A DNA stretch of 64,000 nt from a virus (Duplodnaviria; Caudoviricetes). Position 1 is the first letter of the stretch; each line of letters starts with the position of its first letter. The DNA lies in the IMG/VR virus record IMGVR_UViG_3300033062_001341, positions 1-64,000 of that record, one strand, 5' to 3'. A program made the translations under genes and the position numbers. Below the pieces are notes generated by a model, which saw nothing but the letters and a program-made list of their open reading frames with translations, was not told the DNA's origin and made no database searches. Shown here in pieces: positions 20,480 through 31,600 of this stretch.

Positions 20480-22336
20480 TTATTTAATTTCGCAAGCACC
20501 CCCCGCACATGCTAGTTCACCACTTAAATCTGTATCATCGTGCATTTCAACGATTTGAGATAAATCAACATCGTGAAGAGACTTCATCAAATCATCATAT
20601 TTTTCTTTGGTACAATCTTCAAACGGTGCTTGAATATAACTACCTCCGTCATATGGTAAACAAGATAAACCATTATAGTATTCTTTGTTATCCCACATCC
20701 ACTCACCAACTGCTGGCCACTCATGTTCTCTAATTGAGATAGTTGCCGATACGTTATGTGCATTGTTTCCATTTCTATGTCCTGGTTTAATCCACTCTTG
20801 TTGAACTTTTTTCACCCTCTCCAACAATTGGATTGGTGATTCGTTTCTTAAGATTGACCCCTCAGGTGCTTTTTGTGGAATTCCAATAACCGCTGTGTCG
20901 TGTGGTCTGAAGTATTCATCTTCAACTAATTCAGGATGATTAATCTTCAAGTGTGAATAAATTGCTTCGTTCTTTCCAACTCTAACTCTTCTAATATAAT
21001 AATCATTGTGCCAAGCGTGAATACCTGAAGATGTTCCTAATGTTAAGGATGTTGTTCCCGCAGGTTTAACAGTTGTTGTTCTTGCAGAAGGATTAATTTT
21101 TATTAACTCAGCAACTATTTTGTTTTCTTCTTTTACAACTTTAGCCGCCGCTTTCATATTCAAACCTAAAACCGCCCCTGAACCGATACCTGTCATTGAA
21201 ATTCCAATTAACGCATCTTTTTCAGTTGTTCTTTGCCAAATTGGTCTTAAGTAGTGGAAGTTAGTATATCCCGCTTGTAATGTACCAATGAATGATGCCG
21301 CTCTAACTCTAGTCTCATAATCTTCTTGTGAAGCAACGTTAGATACGTTAACCTCCGTAAGATTACAGAATTGAAATGGTCTTAATGCGATTTCACAACA
21401 AGGGTTAGTTCCCCAATCTTTATCATTACTTAAGTAGATACCAGGTTCACCAGCTCCACTCGCTTCGATTCTCTTCCATAAATCCATGAAATAATCTTTG
21501 GTGATTTTGTGTCTCATCAAAACTGCAGAGTTATTAGCTCTACCTCTTTGTGGATTTTTTTCCCACCACGCTCCACTTTTACAACCAATCATTTCTTCAT
21601 CAGTCGCTGAAAATAATGAGATAAGAGCCGCTCTTCTGATACCACCAGCTAACACCGCATCTGCAATATGACAAACGATATCATGAACTTCAATTGGTTT
21701 TAATTTTTCACCATTGTGTTTTGAATCTAAGATTCCTTCAACTTTAATTAAACATTCTTTTAGTGGTTGAGGACCAGGGGCTTTACCACCTGAAGTGATA
21801 AGTCTTGCACCTTTTGGTCTGATGTCACTAAAATCAAATTCAATTTTAGAACCACCGAAGAAGTATGATTTAACCAACACTTTTACTGCGTCAGCCCATC
21901 CTTCGATTGAATCAGCAACTAACCATCTTCTACCTCTTTCTTTATTCGGTTTTCTAATTTCAGGTAAAACATCAACGTGATGTTTTTGTACTGAATAACC
22001 AACTCCTGTTCCACCTAATAATAAGAACATAATTTCTGAAAATACTCTCCAATCATCAATCGGGGCAAATGCACAGTTATAAATTCTGTTTGGTGAAATC
22101 TCGATAGGTTTTCCTGCAAATTGCATTGACCTCATTGATGGAAGAACCTCTTTGTTATAAACAAACTTGTAGTTCTCTCTGATTTCATTCTCTAATTGTG
22201 GATACTGCTTAATATGCATCTCCATGTTTCTTGTCACCAACTCGTGCCAAGTTTCTCTTCTTTTTAACTCAGGGATATACTTCGCGTATTTCATATACAC
22301 TGTAATATCCGATAAAATCCTGTTTGAAATGTCCAT
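20480..22336 (-). CDS. nrdJ: Class II (adenosylcobalamin-dependent) ribonucleotide reductase
   Basis: IYNCAF, GTNPCCEIAL (thiyl-radical NPCxE), QFCNLTE, TTVKPAGTTS and C-terminal CAGGAC. No NrdB partner nearby. Likely start is MDISN at 22336. Confidence 0.9.
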   Translation of the reverse strand: MDISNRILSDITVYMKYAKYIPELKRRETWHELVTRNMEMHIKQYPQLENEIRENYKFVYNKEVLPSMRSMQFAGKPIEISPNRIYNCAFAPIDDWRVFSEIMFLLLGGTGVGYSVQKHHVDVLPEIRKPNKERGRRWLVADSIEGWADAVKVLVKSYFFGGSKIEFDFSDIRPKGARLITSGGKAPGPQPLKECLIKVEGILDSKHNGEKLKPIEVHDIVCHIADAVLAGGIRRAALISLFSATDEEMIGCKSGAWWEKNPQRGRANNSAVLMRHKITKDYFMDLWKRIEASGAGEPGIYLSNDKDWGTNPCCEIALRPFQFCNLTEVNVSNVASQEDYETRVRAASFIGTLQAGYTNFHYLRPIWQRTTEKDALIGISMTGIGSGAVLGLNMKAAAKVVKEENKIVAELIKINPSARTTTVKPAGTTSLTLGTSSGIHAWHNDYYIRRVRVGKNEAIYSHLKINHPELVEDEYFRPHDTAVIGIPQKAPEGSILRNESPIQLLERVKKVQQEWIKPGHRNGNNAHNVSATISIREHEWPAVGEWMWDNKEYYNGLSCLPYDGGSYIQAPFEDCTKEKYDDLMKSLHDVDLSQIVEMHDDTDLSGELACAGGACEIK

Positions 22337-22469
22337 TTTGTAAATTTTAAGGTGTAGATATTTTATTAAAAAATCAACGATTTTTATGATAAATATGTGT
22401 TCGAATACCAATCGACCAGCAAATTTAATAAAAAAAAATAAGTTTTTTGTGAAAAAAGTGTATATTTAA

Positions 22470-23852
22470 TTAAATGGATTTTTGCTGAGCTTCTCTTTCT
22501 TTTCTTTTCTCGAGAAGTTCTTTGACTCTGTCCCTTTTTCTTTCCTCTTGTTGTCCCTCAAAACCTAAGAATGTAACTGAGGATTCTGTATCTATTTCAA
22601 GAAGTTCATTGTTAAACTTGCAATTTTCGAAGACAACTCCATCTTTACCAAGACGTGATTTTGTGATGGCTATCGTTGCTAAATTCATTTCTTTTTGTTG
22701 TAATGACTTAGCCACAGTAATGATTACGTGTCCTACTTGAGCCTTTTTGATTGAACCACCCATTTGGTCTGTAGTAACAACCTCAGATGAGATTGAGCTT
22801 CTATTACCTTGAGTTGCTGTCCATCCAGCAAGATTCAACTCGTGACACATACCTTCAAAGCCTCTCATTACAGAACCTTCAGCTTTCCACTCATCCTTAG
22901 CACTTGATTCAGGGAGAACACAATCAATATAATCCAATAGAATCATATCAATCTTTGTACCATCAGCAATAATTTTTCTAACTTGATTCTTGATTTGATT
23001 CATAGTCATACTGTCAGAAGCCAACTTCTTCAAGATTAACTCATTCTTCATCGTCTCTTTAATCTCAGTTATCTTACTCATTACAACGTCTTTATGAAGA
23101 ACCAAATTATCTGGTTCAATCCCTGTCCACATTGTAAAATGTTTTCTTTGAATAATCTTTGGGTTGTCCTCAAAAAATATTTGAAGAACGTTATAACCCA
23201 TATTAAATGCTGTGTTAGCAATCTTACATAAAACTGTGGTTTTACCAACCCCCGTAGGAGCCAATATAACCCCAATCTCACCCTTTGCAAGTCCACCCTT
23301 AAGTAGTTTGTCAATTCCACTGATACCCATTGGAATAGGGTGTCTGTAGTCTTCGTCGAGAACTGTGTCCAAGTTATCGAAAACATCTGTCTGACCTTTC
23401 TCAACTTCACCTACTTGTAGTGCCTCTCTGATAAGACCTTCCACCTTGTCGTAAGATTCAAAGTCACCTTCAGTAATAATCTTTTGTGATTTGTCCATCG
23501 CCTTCTGTAACTCTTGTTGTTTACAGAATTTTAATGCCTTCTCTTGAACAAAAGATGTTCCCTCAAACGGAGCATCTTTTACTTGTTTAAGTGTATCCAA
23601 AACAATCTTGGCAACAAGTTCTTGGGGTATTTCGGATTTCACAATCTGCTCTAGGGTATCAAAAGTAGGTGTCGACTCATACTTTATATGATACTCTTTA
23701 ATCATCTGTATAATGATTTTAAAATACTTGTTGTCGAAGTATGAACTCTCGATAACATCCATAATTGAATGTGAAAAATCCTTATCGACAACTATTTGGT
23801 TGAGTAATTGTATCTGAAATGTATTCCCTAAATAATCAAAATTCTTGTTCAT
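22470..23852 (-). CDS. dnaB: Replicative helicase, DnaB / T4 gp41-like
   Basis: Walker A GEIGVILAPTGVGKTT, Walker B ILLDYID, WTATQGNRSS, GGSIKKAQ, KSRLGKDG. Confidence 0.9.
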   Translation of the reverse strand: MNKNFDYLGNTFQIQLLNQIVVDKDFSHSIMDVIESSYFDNKYFKIIIQMIKEYHIKYESTPTFDTLEQIVKSEIPQELVAKIVLDTLKQVKDAPFEGTSFVQEKALKFCKQQELQKAMDKSQKIITEGDFESYDKVEGLIREALQVGEVEKGQTDVFDNLDTVLDEDYRHPIPMGISGIDKLLKGGLAKGEIGVILAPTGVGKTTVLCKIANTAFNMGYNVLQIFFEDNPKIIQRKHFTMWTGIEPDNLVLHKDVVMSKITEIKETMKNELILKKLASDSMTMNQIKNQVRKIIADGTKIDMILLDYIDCVLPESSAKDEWKAEGSVMRGFEGMCHELNLAGWTATQGNRSSISSEVVTTDQMGGSIKKAQVGHVIITVAKSLQQKEMNLATIAITKSRLGKDGVVFENCKFNNELLEIDTESSVTFLGFEGQQEERKRDRVKELLEKRKEREAQQKSI

Positions 23853-23889
23853 AATTGTTTTAAAATGTCCCCCCTCTATTATTAAATAC

Positions 23890-24342
23890 TTACTTACTCA
23901 AGTCGAAATCCAAATATTGGTAAGATAATTTGTTGTTTGAAAAAATGTCAGTTAATTCTCTTAACACATCTTTCAAAAATGGTCGTACGTCTACCGTATA
24001 ACGAACTTTCGGCGGAAATAATTTTCCATCAAATTGTCTATGACAAATTGTCTGTTCTCCAACTTTCACAAAAAGGTTAAATACTTCAGGACCATCTGTG
24101 AATGATGTATCCATAACTTTAGGGTCATGACTGATTGCATCTCTGTTGTCCATCATGTAAACAACTGTTTTCATCTTAAGATAATACTGTAACTCTTCTT
24201 TCAGAGCTTTGATGTACTCATACAAGTCCACCGAGTTCTTCGCCTTAGGGTTAAAACCTCTAACGTTGAAGAATCTTTGTACAACAATGTTGTCATTCAA
24301 AGTCAAAAGGAATTCCATTTTGGTGCTGTCCATTTCTTTCAT
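23890..24342 (-). CDS. Hypothetical protein in the replication operon (150 aa)
   Basis: Compact ORF between the exonuclease and helicase genes; no motif recognised. Confidence 0.7.
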   Translation of the reverse strand: MKEMDSTKMEFLLTLNDNIVVQRFFNVRGFNPKAKNSVDLYEYIKALKEELQYYLKMKTVVYMMDNRDAISHDPKVMDTSFTDGPEVFNLFVKVGEQTICHRQFDGKLFPPKVRYTVDVRPFLKDVLRELTDIFSNNKLSYQYLDFDLSK

Positions 24343-24347
24343 TGCGT

Positions 24348-25343
24348 TTAATTTTTGTTTGTGTTCCGTTTTTCTTTTCTTATTAATTTTGTAAATGGTG
24401 TGAGAAAGTTAACCCAAGCCTCATCATCTTTTGGGAGGTACTTGAATAACCCATCTTCCATCATCATTCTCATTAGATTTTTATATCCCCTGTCAGTGGG
24501 GTCAATTGTATCAGTATAAATTTGTTCTACTAAGGTCTTCCCATCATCCGTGATTAGTGGGTTTGAAAGGTCTACAATTTGTTTGTTTGTGTTATAAAAC
24601 TCTTCTCCAAGAATAGTTGATTTTGTCTTGCCTGTCAAAATATTTGATAAAGTTTTAATAGGTTTTTTTTGCGGGATATTTCGTGCAATATCGAGTAATT
24701 CTTCGATAGTGCATGGTTTTTCCTGCACTTGTGGGAAGTATTTTATTAAAGTTTTTTCACCAAGACCTTCAATTCCATCTATGTTATCTGATTTGTCACC
24801 TGTAAAGATTTTACATAACAATACGTTATAATGAGGTATCTCTACTTTATTTATGATAATGTTATCTCCGTTCTTGAAGTATTGTTTAGATACGGGTGAA
24901 TAGATACTAATATTCTCGTTAATTAACTGAGTTAAGTCCTTATCAGCAGAAAAAACAATAATCTGTTCTTCAACAGCAACTTTACAATAATAAGCAATAA
25001 GGTCATCTGCCTCATTATTTATCATTTCAACTTGTCTTATGAAAATCTCTTCAAGGTATTCTTTAATTCTTGATTGTTGATTAAGATATGATTGGTACTT
25101 GTCCTCGTTCATATCTTGGCGTCTGTTAGCCTTATATTGTGGGTAGATTGATTTACGGATAGAAGAATTGGAATCCCAAAATACAACCACTTTATCGTGG
25201 TCATGTTCTTCTAAGAATCTTCTAAGAATGTTTATAAAGTGATAGATTCCACCTAAATGGTCCCCATCACTGTATAAATCTCTGACTCCGTGAAATCCTA
25301 TTTTAAATAAATTGTTTCCGTCTACTAAAAGTGTTTTAATCAC
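24348..25343 (-). CDS. 5'-3' exonuclease / flap endonuclease (PolA 5'-exo, T4 RNase H-like)
   Basis: LLVDGNN, YPQYKANR, EADDLIA, SADKDLTQL, GDKSDNIDGIEGLGEKT; GTG start. Confidence 0.92.
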   Translation of the reverse strand: MIKTLLVDGNNLFKIGFHGVRDLYSDGDHLGGIYHFINILRRFLEEHDHDKVVVFWDSNSSIRKSIYPQYKANRRQDMNEDKYQSYLNQQSRIKEYLEEIFIRQVEMINNEADDLIAYYCKVAVEEQIIVFSADKDLTQLINENISIYSPVSKQYFKNGDNIIINKVEIPHYNVLLCKIFTGDKSDNIDGIEGLGEKTLIKYFPQVQEKPCTIEELLDIARNIPQKKPIKTLSNILTGKTKSTILGEEFYNTNKQIVDLSNPLITDDGKTLVEQIYTDTIDPTDRGYKNLMRMMMEDGLFKYLPKDDEAWVNFLTPFTKLIRKEKRNTNKN

Positions 25344-25373
25344 TTTGTTAAATTAGAGGTGATAAAAATTGTT

Positions 25374-26360
25374 TTACTCGCTGATATCATCAGTTGTTTC
25401 TTCTAAAGTTAACTCACCTGTTCCTGACAAGATACCGTTCCAATACTGTGAGTATTCTTTTTTGTATGCCTCCAAAGCCTCTTTGGTATCTTCGATATAA
25501 CCTTGTGGTACTGCAATCAACTTACCGTCATTGTAACCCAAACCATTAACGTGGTTCTTCAAGATTGAAATCTTAGTTCTGATAGCGTATCTTACAGTTC
25601 TTCCACCTTTGGTTGCAGTGATGTGGTTAATACCAGCACTTGCTTGGTTACCAAAAAGGAATACCAATGATGACGCTAACCATAGAGCCTCTCCACCTTT
25701 TGCCTTAATTGTTGGTTGACCAAACGGATTGTCAGGAAGAGCAACCCAAGGTTGATTTACAACCACTAAAGTATTGTAGTAAGCATAGTCTTCTTTCTTT
25801 GATTTAGAAATTCTTGAGTGAACTCCCATACCAATCTTGTCAGCAAGTGTTGCCGCATTATGTTGTTTACCACCCTTACCATCGAAAGTCATCTTACAAG
25901 GAATTGAACCTACTGAATCCCAAAGGAATAAAATAGATTGTTGTATTTCACCTTTCTCTTGAGCATCTAACACTTCATTAATAAACTCAGTTACTTGTTC
26001 AATATAATCAAAACTATCATTAAAGATAAAGTCACCATCCCACTCACCTTCAGAGTTCTTCTTGGCATCCAAACCTAATTCAACAGCATGTTCCCAACTC
26101 CATTTCTTTTCAGTAATGATAAAGACAGGTAAGTGTCCTTTCTTTTGAGCATCAGCCGCAGCTAATATCATAGCAGTTGTCTTAGAACTATTACTATGTC
26201 CTAAGAACATATTAATACCTCCCATAACAGGGCCTGGTAGTCCACTAGCATTTAGGAAAGCTTCTCCACAAAAGTAGTAAGCTGTTTCTTTATACTTTGT
26301 TTTGGTTGAGAACTTATCTTTAAATCCTCCACCACCTTCTTTTTTCTTAATTGCCGCCAT
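25374..26360 (-). CDS. recA: RecA/UvsX-like recombinase
   Basis: MFLGHSNSSKTT (Walker A), FLWDSVGS (Walker B), LVVVNQPW, KGGEAL, KISILKNHVNG. Confidence 0.85.
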   Translation of the reverse strand: MAAIKKKEGGGGFKDKFSTKTKYKETAYYFCGEAFLNASGLPGPVMGGINMFLGHSNSSKTTAMILAAADAQKKGHLPVFIITEKKWSWEHAVELGLDAKKNSEGEWDGDFIFNDSFDYIEQVTEFINEVLDAQEKGEIQQSILFLWDSVGSIPCKMTFDGKGGKQHNAATLADKIGMGVHSRISKSKKEDYAYYNTLVVVNQPWVALPDNPFGQPTIKAKGGEALWLASSLVFLFGNQASAGINHITATKGGRTVRYAIRTKISILKNHVNGLGYNDGKLIAVPQGYIEDTKEALEAYKKEYSQYWNGILSGTGELTLEETTDDISE

Positions 26361-26643
26361 TTTTTTTTCTTTTAATGTTTGGTAATTTACTTTCTTTTAG
26401 TGTAATATAGAATGAATCATCTTCTTCATATAGTACACCAATCTCTTCTTTGTGGAATGTTACTAAAGTAAAATATGATTCCCCTTCCTCATTTTCACGT
26501 TTCAACATACCGAATAAAATTGTATCACCAATTTGTTTACCTCTACCTGAAAAGTAATTCTTGTGTTCTAACTCACTTAATAACTCATAAGACAATACTC
26601 TATTGTCTCTTAGTTGTAAATCGATTTCTTCTTTAAATGTCAT
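26347..26643 (-). CDS. Hypothetical protein
   Basis: Track ORF 26347..26679. Likely start is MTFKEE at 26643; the upstream part of the track ORF is the terminator hairpin. Confidence 0.6.
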   Translation of the reverse strand: MTFKEEIDLQLRDNRVLSYELLSELEHKNYFSGRGKQIGDTILFGMLKRENEEGESYFTLVTFHKEEIGVLYEEDDSFYITLKESKLPNIKRKKNGGN

Positions 26644-26653
26644 ATAATAAATT

Positions 26654-26681
26654 AAAAAAGGGTGGAGTATTACCTCCACCC
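26654..26681 (-). terminator. Intrinsic terminator after the SSB gene
   Basis: Perfect 8-bp stem GGGTGGAG/CTCCACCC (26660-26681) with a 6-nt loop, followed by T6 on the minus strand. Confidence 0.8.
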
Positions 26682-26688
26682 GTATAAA

Positions 26689-27549
26689 TTAGAATGGTAA
26701 ATCTGAATCAGCCTCATCTTCAGCTTGAGGGTCAACTGCCTTTGCAGGTGCTGCCTTTTTGCTACCACCGAAAGTTTCTTCAGCAACCGTTGCATCACCG
26801 TAAACGTATCCACCTTTTTCAGTGTCCCATTTTGGTGTCTCACCTCTTGCAATCGCCTCAAGGTATTCAACAGGTTTTTTAGAATATACATCCAACCAAG
26901 TTAACTCGTCATTAATCCAAGCATTAGCTTGCTCTTTTTCTGCGTGAACAGGAGCTTGGTCTTCGTACATAATTGTAGATACACTTGTGTACTCTTTACC
27001 TGCCGGTGTTTTAGATTTTGTTAACTCGATGATTAAATCACGTCCTGTTGTAGGGTCAGTGATATCACCTTTGTTTCTCCAAATTGGAATGATTTTGTCC
27101 AAGATACCATCGTTCTTGTAATTGTGTTTGAATCTCCAAAACTTTGGACCGTCTTCTTCGTGGTCTCTGTCGATTACTTTAACGATATAGAACTTACGAG
27201 ACTTATATTGTTTCGCCAATTCTTTATCCGATTCTTTGCCCGTAGACATCAATTCTTCATAAACCTCATTCAAAGGTGAACGCTCGTTGTCATTCTTTCC
27301 TGGGTCGTAGAACTTCTGCCATTGACCACCAACTTGAATTTCGTGGTACCAAGCTTCTTTAAACGGTGATGAACCGTCTTGAGTAGGAAGGATTCTTACT
27401 CTTCTCTGTCCTGATTTCTCTTTATCACCAAGGATTAAAGCGAAATACTTTTTCATTCTTTCGTCTTGCGACATTTTACTTTGGGCCCCGCCCGATGAAT
27501 TCTGTGATTTCTCATACTGTGCCAATACGGCGTCTAATACGTTACTCAT
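26689..27549 (-). CDS. Single-stranded DNA-binding protein (T4 gp32-like)
   Basis: RVRILP...PFKEAWYH...RKFYIVKVIDRD...GPKFWRF...DITDPTTGRDLII; acidic C-terminal tail EDEADSDLPF; located next to recA. Confidence 0.8.
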   Translation of the reverse strand: MSNVLDAVLAQYEKSQNSSGGAQSKMSQDERMKKYFALILGDKEKSGQRRVRILPTQDGSSPFKEAWYHEIQVGGQWQKFYDPGKNDNERSPLNEVYEELMSTGKESDKELAKQYKSRKFYIVKVIDRDHEEDGPKFWRFKHNYKNDGILDKIIPIWRNKGDITDPTTGRDLIIELTKSKTPAGKEYTSVSTIMYEDQAPVHAEKEQANAWINDELTWLDVYSKKPVEYLEAIARGETPKWDTEKGGYVYGDATVAEETFGGSKKAAPAKAVDPQAEDEADSDLPF

Positions 27550-27583
27550 GTTTTTTTGATTAAAATTATTAAATTGTTTATTA

Positions 27584-27612
27584 AATATAAGTATAAATTG
27601 GTTCTATGTCAA
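27584..27612 (-). promoter_or_regulatory. Sigma70-type promoter TTGACA-N17-TATATT for the SSB-recA-exonuclease-helicase operon
   Basis: -35 TTGACA at 27612-27607, exactly 17-nt spacer, -10 TATATT at 27589-27584. Confidence 0.7.
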
Positions 27613-27614
27613 AT

Positions 27615-27641
27615 AAAAAAAGGTCATCTTTCGATGACCTT
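27615..27641 (-). terminator. Intrinsic terminator
   Basis: 9-bp stem AAGGTCATC/GATGACCTT with a 4-nt loop, followed by a T-run on the minus strand; downstream of gene 27663..28340. Confidence 0.8.
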
Positions 27642-27662
27642 CTTATTAATTATTTTATTCAA

Positions 27663-28340
27663 TTACATTAAATCGTTTTCTGTTGGTTGGAATGATTTTT
27701 TGACATCATTCGCATTAATATCAGTAACGTCATCTGATGTTAACACATAATCTTTCTTACCTGTTAATTCCATTTCTTCTTTCTTATCTTCAAAAAAATC
27801 AGATAATTTTTGGTTGAAAGGATAAGAATCATAAGACCTTAACTCCAATTTCTCTTGAGGAGTTTTTTCTCTGTATTTCTCAATCTTAGCTTCAAGAGTA
27901 TTTAATTTGGACATGATTTGGTCCATCTCTCCTAACCTTGATTCTAATTTAGTTAATTGACCAAATAGATTTTCAAAATAATCTTCTTGCTTTTGTTCAA
28001 TACTTTTTTGAGAATCAACGAGTTCAGTGATATCTAATTCTTCACTACCACTTTCTTCATCATCTTTCTTTTCTTCAGATTCACCTTCATCATCAATCTT
28101 TTCAACATCAGGGTCATTTGCAACATCAATTGGTTGAGGTGTTGCGTCTGCCGCTGGTGCTGCTGGTGGGGGTGCCGCTGCTGCAGGGTCTGCAGGTGGT
28201 GGTGGTGCTACCGCTCCTAAGTCAGCCGCTGGGTCAGCAGGTGGTGGAGGAACTGCAGCATCTAAAGCTTGCTCAGTTATGTATTTGTTGATATTTCTAT
28301 ATCTTTCAATTTCGCTGATAATTTTTCTATCTAAGCTCAT
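27663..28340 (-). CDS. Hypothetical protein with a Pro/Ala-rich linker and acidic/coiled-coil C-half
   Basis: VPPPPADPAADLGAVAPPPPADPAAAAPPPAAPAAD low-complexity segment; possibly head-associated. Confidence 0.7.
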   Translation of the reverse strand: MSLDRKIISEIERYRNINKYITEQALDAAVPPPPADPAADLGAVAPPPPADPAAAAPPPAAPAADATPQPIDVANDPDVEKIDDEGESEEKKDDEESGSEELDITELVDSQKSIEQKQEDYFENLFGQLTKLESRLGEMDQIMSKLNTLEAKIEKYREKTPQEKLELRSYDSYPFNQKLSDFFEDKKEEMELTGKKDYVLTSDDVTDINANDVKKSFQPTENDLM

Positions 28341-28344
28341 GTTG

Positions 28345-28569
28345 TTATCCGTTTAAAAGTTGTTTTATTCCTTTGGCAGTTTCTACTCTAACTCTTCTGT
28401 TAGCTGTTGTTTGATGGCCTGCTCTTTCAATTAGTCCATCTCTTTCTCTTACTGTATAACAGTCGCCAGTATCCAAATCACAAACTTGTTTACTTCCGTC
28501 TCCGTTATCTTCCTCAGAATATCTCACTGATTTTCCAAGGTAATTGTTCAATGCTGATTTTAAGTCCAT
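28345..28569 (-). CDS. Hypothetical protein (74 aa)
   Basis: Track ORF with its own TATTTAT motif; QVCDLDTGDCYTVRERDGLIER. Confidence 0.65.
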   Translation of the reverse strand: MDLKSALNNYLGKSVRYSEEDNGDGSKQVCDLDTGDCYTVRERDGLIERAGHQTTANRRVRVETAKGIKQLLNG

Positions 28570-28583
28570 AAAAATCTTTTATT

Positions 28584-28590
28584 ATAAATA
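28584..28590 (-). promoter_or_regulatory. TATTTAT(A) putative late promoter motif
   Basis: 14 nt upstream of the ATG at 28569. Confidence 0.55.
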
Positions 28591-28608
28591 TACTAATTCA
28601 CCGTTAAA

Positions 28609-31600
28609 TTAAGTTTTTAAGATTTTGAACTTGTACGATGTGTTTATTTGTTTTTTATTTTTGTCTGTTGGTATTGTTGTTAAGAACACTCCTCCAAGTA
28701 TTTCCTTTGTTTTTTGGATTTCTTCTTTTGTAAATTCTCCGCTGTTTTCTATTATATCATCAATATCAAGTGAGCTAATAGAAAATAATTGTCCTCTATT
28801 TAAAACATATCCAGTCTTTGTGAATCCAGCTTCTCCAATTAACACCTTTTTTATTGAATTGTTTGCACCTATCTCATAACCAAATAATTGTAATTGTATA
28901 TTCACGCTCTCGTTTATAGTCCATGTACCAACTTGATTGTCTGTATTCACATTAGCCTTTATGTTTACCATAGTTCCTGTTGGAAGTGTTGTAATTGTTT
29001 CAAGTAAAACTTTAGGTCCTGTTTGTCCGTCGTTGAATGTAGAGCTCTCATCATTAGCAATTTTTGTTTGGTCTTGTTGACTCACATTAGTTGTATTTTT
29101 TGGTATCGCGGAGCCGAGAGTATTTGTAGTCGCAGGGTCATAAGTAAACTTACCACTACTTGTCGCATTACCAAACTGACCTTTAACGGAAACCTCAATA
29201 CCTTGTGTTGTATTTATCGTTACTTTAGGTACTGTAACAATAATCTGAGTTCCGTCTTTAGATTTTATAAGTCCTTTAATAACCTTGACATTACCATTGA
29301 ATGTAACCTCTGTTACTGAATCAAGTTGTTTTCCTTTAATAGTTAAAATGGTATTCTCACCACCTAAGGTAGGAGTAAACGATGTTATAGAAGGTGGTAA
29401 ACATGCACTAGTTCCTGAAGTACCACTAGTACCAGAAGTTCCAGCAGTACTACTTGTACCAGACGTTCCTGATGTACCACTAGTACCAGAGGTTCCAGCA
29501 GTGCCACTTGTACCAGACGTTCCTGATGTACCACTAGTACCAGAACTTCCATTAGCACCATCCAAGTCAGGCAATCCTAAACTATTTGCCGATTTAATCG
29601 CCTTCTCAAAAGTTTCTTGTACTGTTTTAAATTCTTTATCTTTGTTTGTATCGTAATACTGCTCAGTTAAATTAGAAATTGGCCAATAACAAACATAATA
29701 CTTTATTAATCCCAATTGTGTTATTCTTTTAATGTTAGGTTGTAATTTCGAAATCATGAAATCAATGAATCTACCTACATTTTCAAAGTTTGCAATTGGT
29801 AAAATATTAGTACTTGTTTTTGTTGTTGAATTAGTCTTAGCAACATCTAAACAAACATATTTCTTTTGGGCTTGAGTAAAATATACATTGTTATTACCGT
29901 AATCTAAATCTAATGTTACAGACGCAAAGTTATTATTTACACCCACAAATGTTGATGTTTTAGGTCCAGGTTGATTAGTTCTAACATAACAAATACAGTA
30001 AATAATTGTCTGAAGTATTCCATTAGTTGTTTTAGAAACAATTGCATCTTTGAATGCTTTTGCATCCAATGATGTTGTTTGAGCAACATCCGTAACCCAT
30101 CCCTGCTCACTGTATATCGGATTTAACTTTGCAGTACAAGAATTTTGTTCCGCAGTTTTTGCCGCTGCCTCTTGAACTACTTTAGCAGCCTTATTAATAT
30201 CAGTCGATGCAATTGCAGGATTAGGCGGTTCGTCTTTTTTGTTCAATACTGCTTGTTCAATTTTAGTTAAAAGATTTTGATTTATACTTTGTAAGAAGGT
30301 ATCAATTGCCGGTAAATCAAACATACCTTGTCTAACACCTGTAAGTGTTGTTTCAAAACCACCAGGACTAATAGCATGAGAAACATCCGTAATCATATAT
30401 GGTCCATTAAACATCGGTACGTGTTGTAAATTAAAATACATTGTAGGTTGCAATAACGCATTTCCTAAACATTGTACCGTACACTTATAACTTCTTTGTT
30501 TATACAAATTATACAAACTAACGTTTTGAGTTGCAACATTTCTACCATTCGCTTGGTTAATCATATTCAACTCGGTATTAATTGATTCGGATGTTGCTTT
30601 ACCAGCTTCTTGAGAAACTTGAAACGAATAGAAAACATTTTGATTTCTTATTCCTATCTCAACATTAAAACCAACACACCTATTTGACAAACCATAATCC
30701 TTCTTATTTTGCATATTCTCAATTAAAGGATTTTCAGACGCTCTTCTCATCTCGAAACTATCATCTCTAAATCTAAAATTACCTTTTGGTAAGTTCAAAT
30801 ACTCTGAAGGTTTACCAACATAAAAACAAATCATTTTTGGACCTGAGTCTCTGTAATCAACATTTAAAAATGTTCCCCACATATTGTTAGCAAACTGTAA
30901 TGAACCTTCACTTTTCGTGAAATTAACACCTGTAACGTCTTGTACGTTGTAGAAGTTAACATATGCTGGTAATGGCATAACATTAAAGTTATTCTTAATT
31001 AAAATTCCACTAATCAATGTGAATACGCTCATTGATTCGGTATAGGCGTTTTGGTTTAAAACATTTTGTAAATCAAATATATCTATGATAACTGTGTCAC
31101 CGATGTTTCTTGAAGCTCTGTCTAAGAACAACATATCTTCAAATAACGTTTTTGTTTTGTAGTCTCCACCAGCAATCCATTTGTCATTAAGAGCTTTAAA
31201 CATTTCATAGTTTTCAACTTTGGATTGTTGTCCGTCTATAACTGATTGAATTACTTTTTCAGGTAGTTGTGATTGTTCAGGTAGTTTCGCTCTGACTGAA
31301 GACATTGTATCATTTATTATAAGACTTTGTAAATTACTACCATTTGAAATAAACTCTGTGATTTGATTTTTAAATGATGTACTTGTTATCGATGGGTCTA
31401 ATAACTTTCTTGTCGCATATATCTTAATTAATTGTGATAACAACGTGATGTTTTGAACCGTGAACGCAACGTTGTTATCAACAAAGAAGTCTGTAATATA
31501 TGAACCTCTATCGGTGTATATCAAGTTTTCTATTGTTGAAAATCCTACCTCAGTTTTCAATGCCGCCCATTGTGTCGAATAACTCGCCTGACTTTGAGCA

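Noticed and set aside
27556-27750. Plus-strand 64-aa ORF
   Set aside because: Overlaps the SSB promoter, a terminator and the antisense of gene 27663..28340; no recognisable content.
29285-29656. Plus-strand 123-aa VPEVP ORF
   Set aside because: Antisense shadow of the GTS linker in the hub gene.
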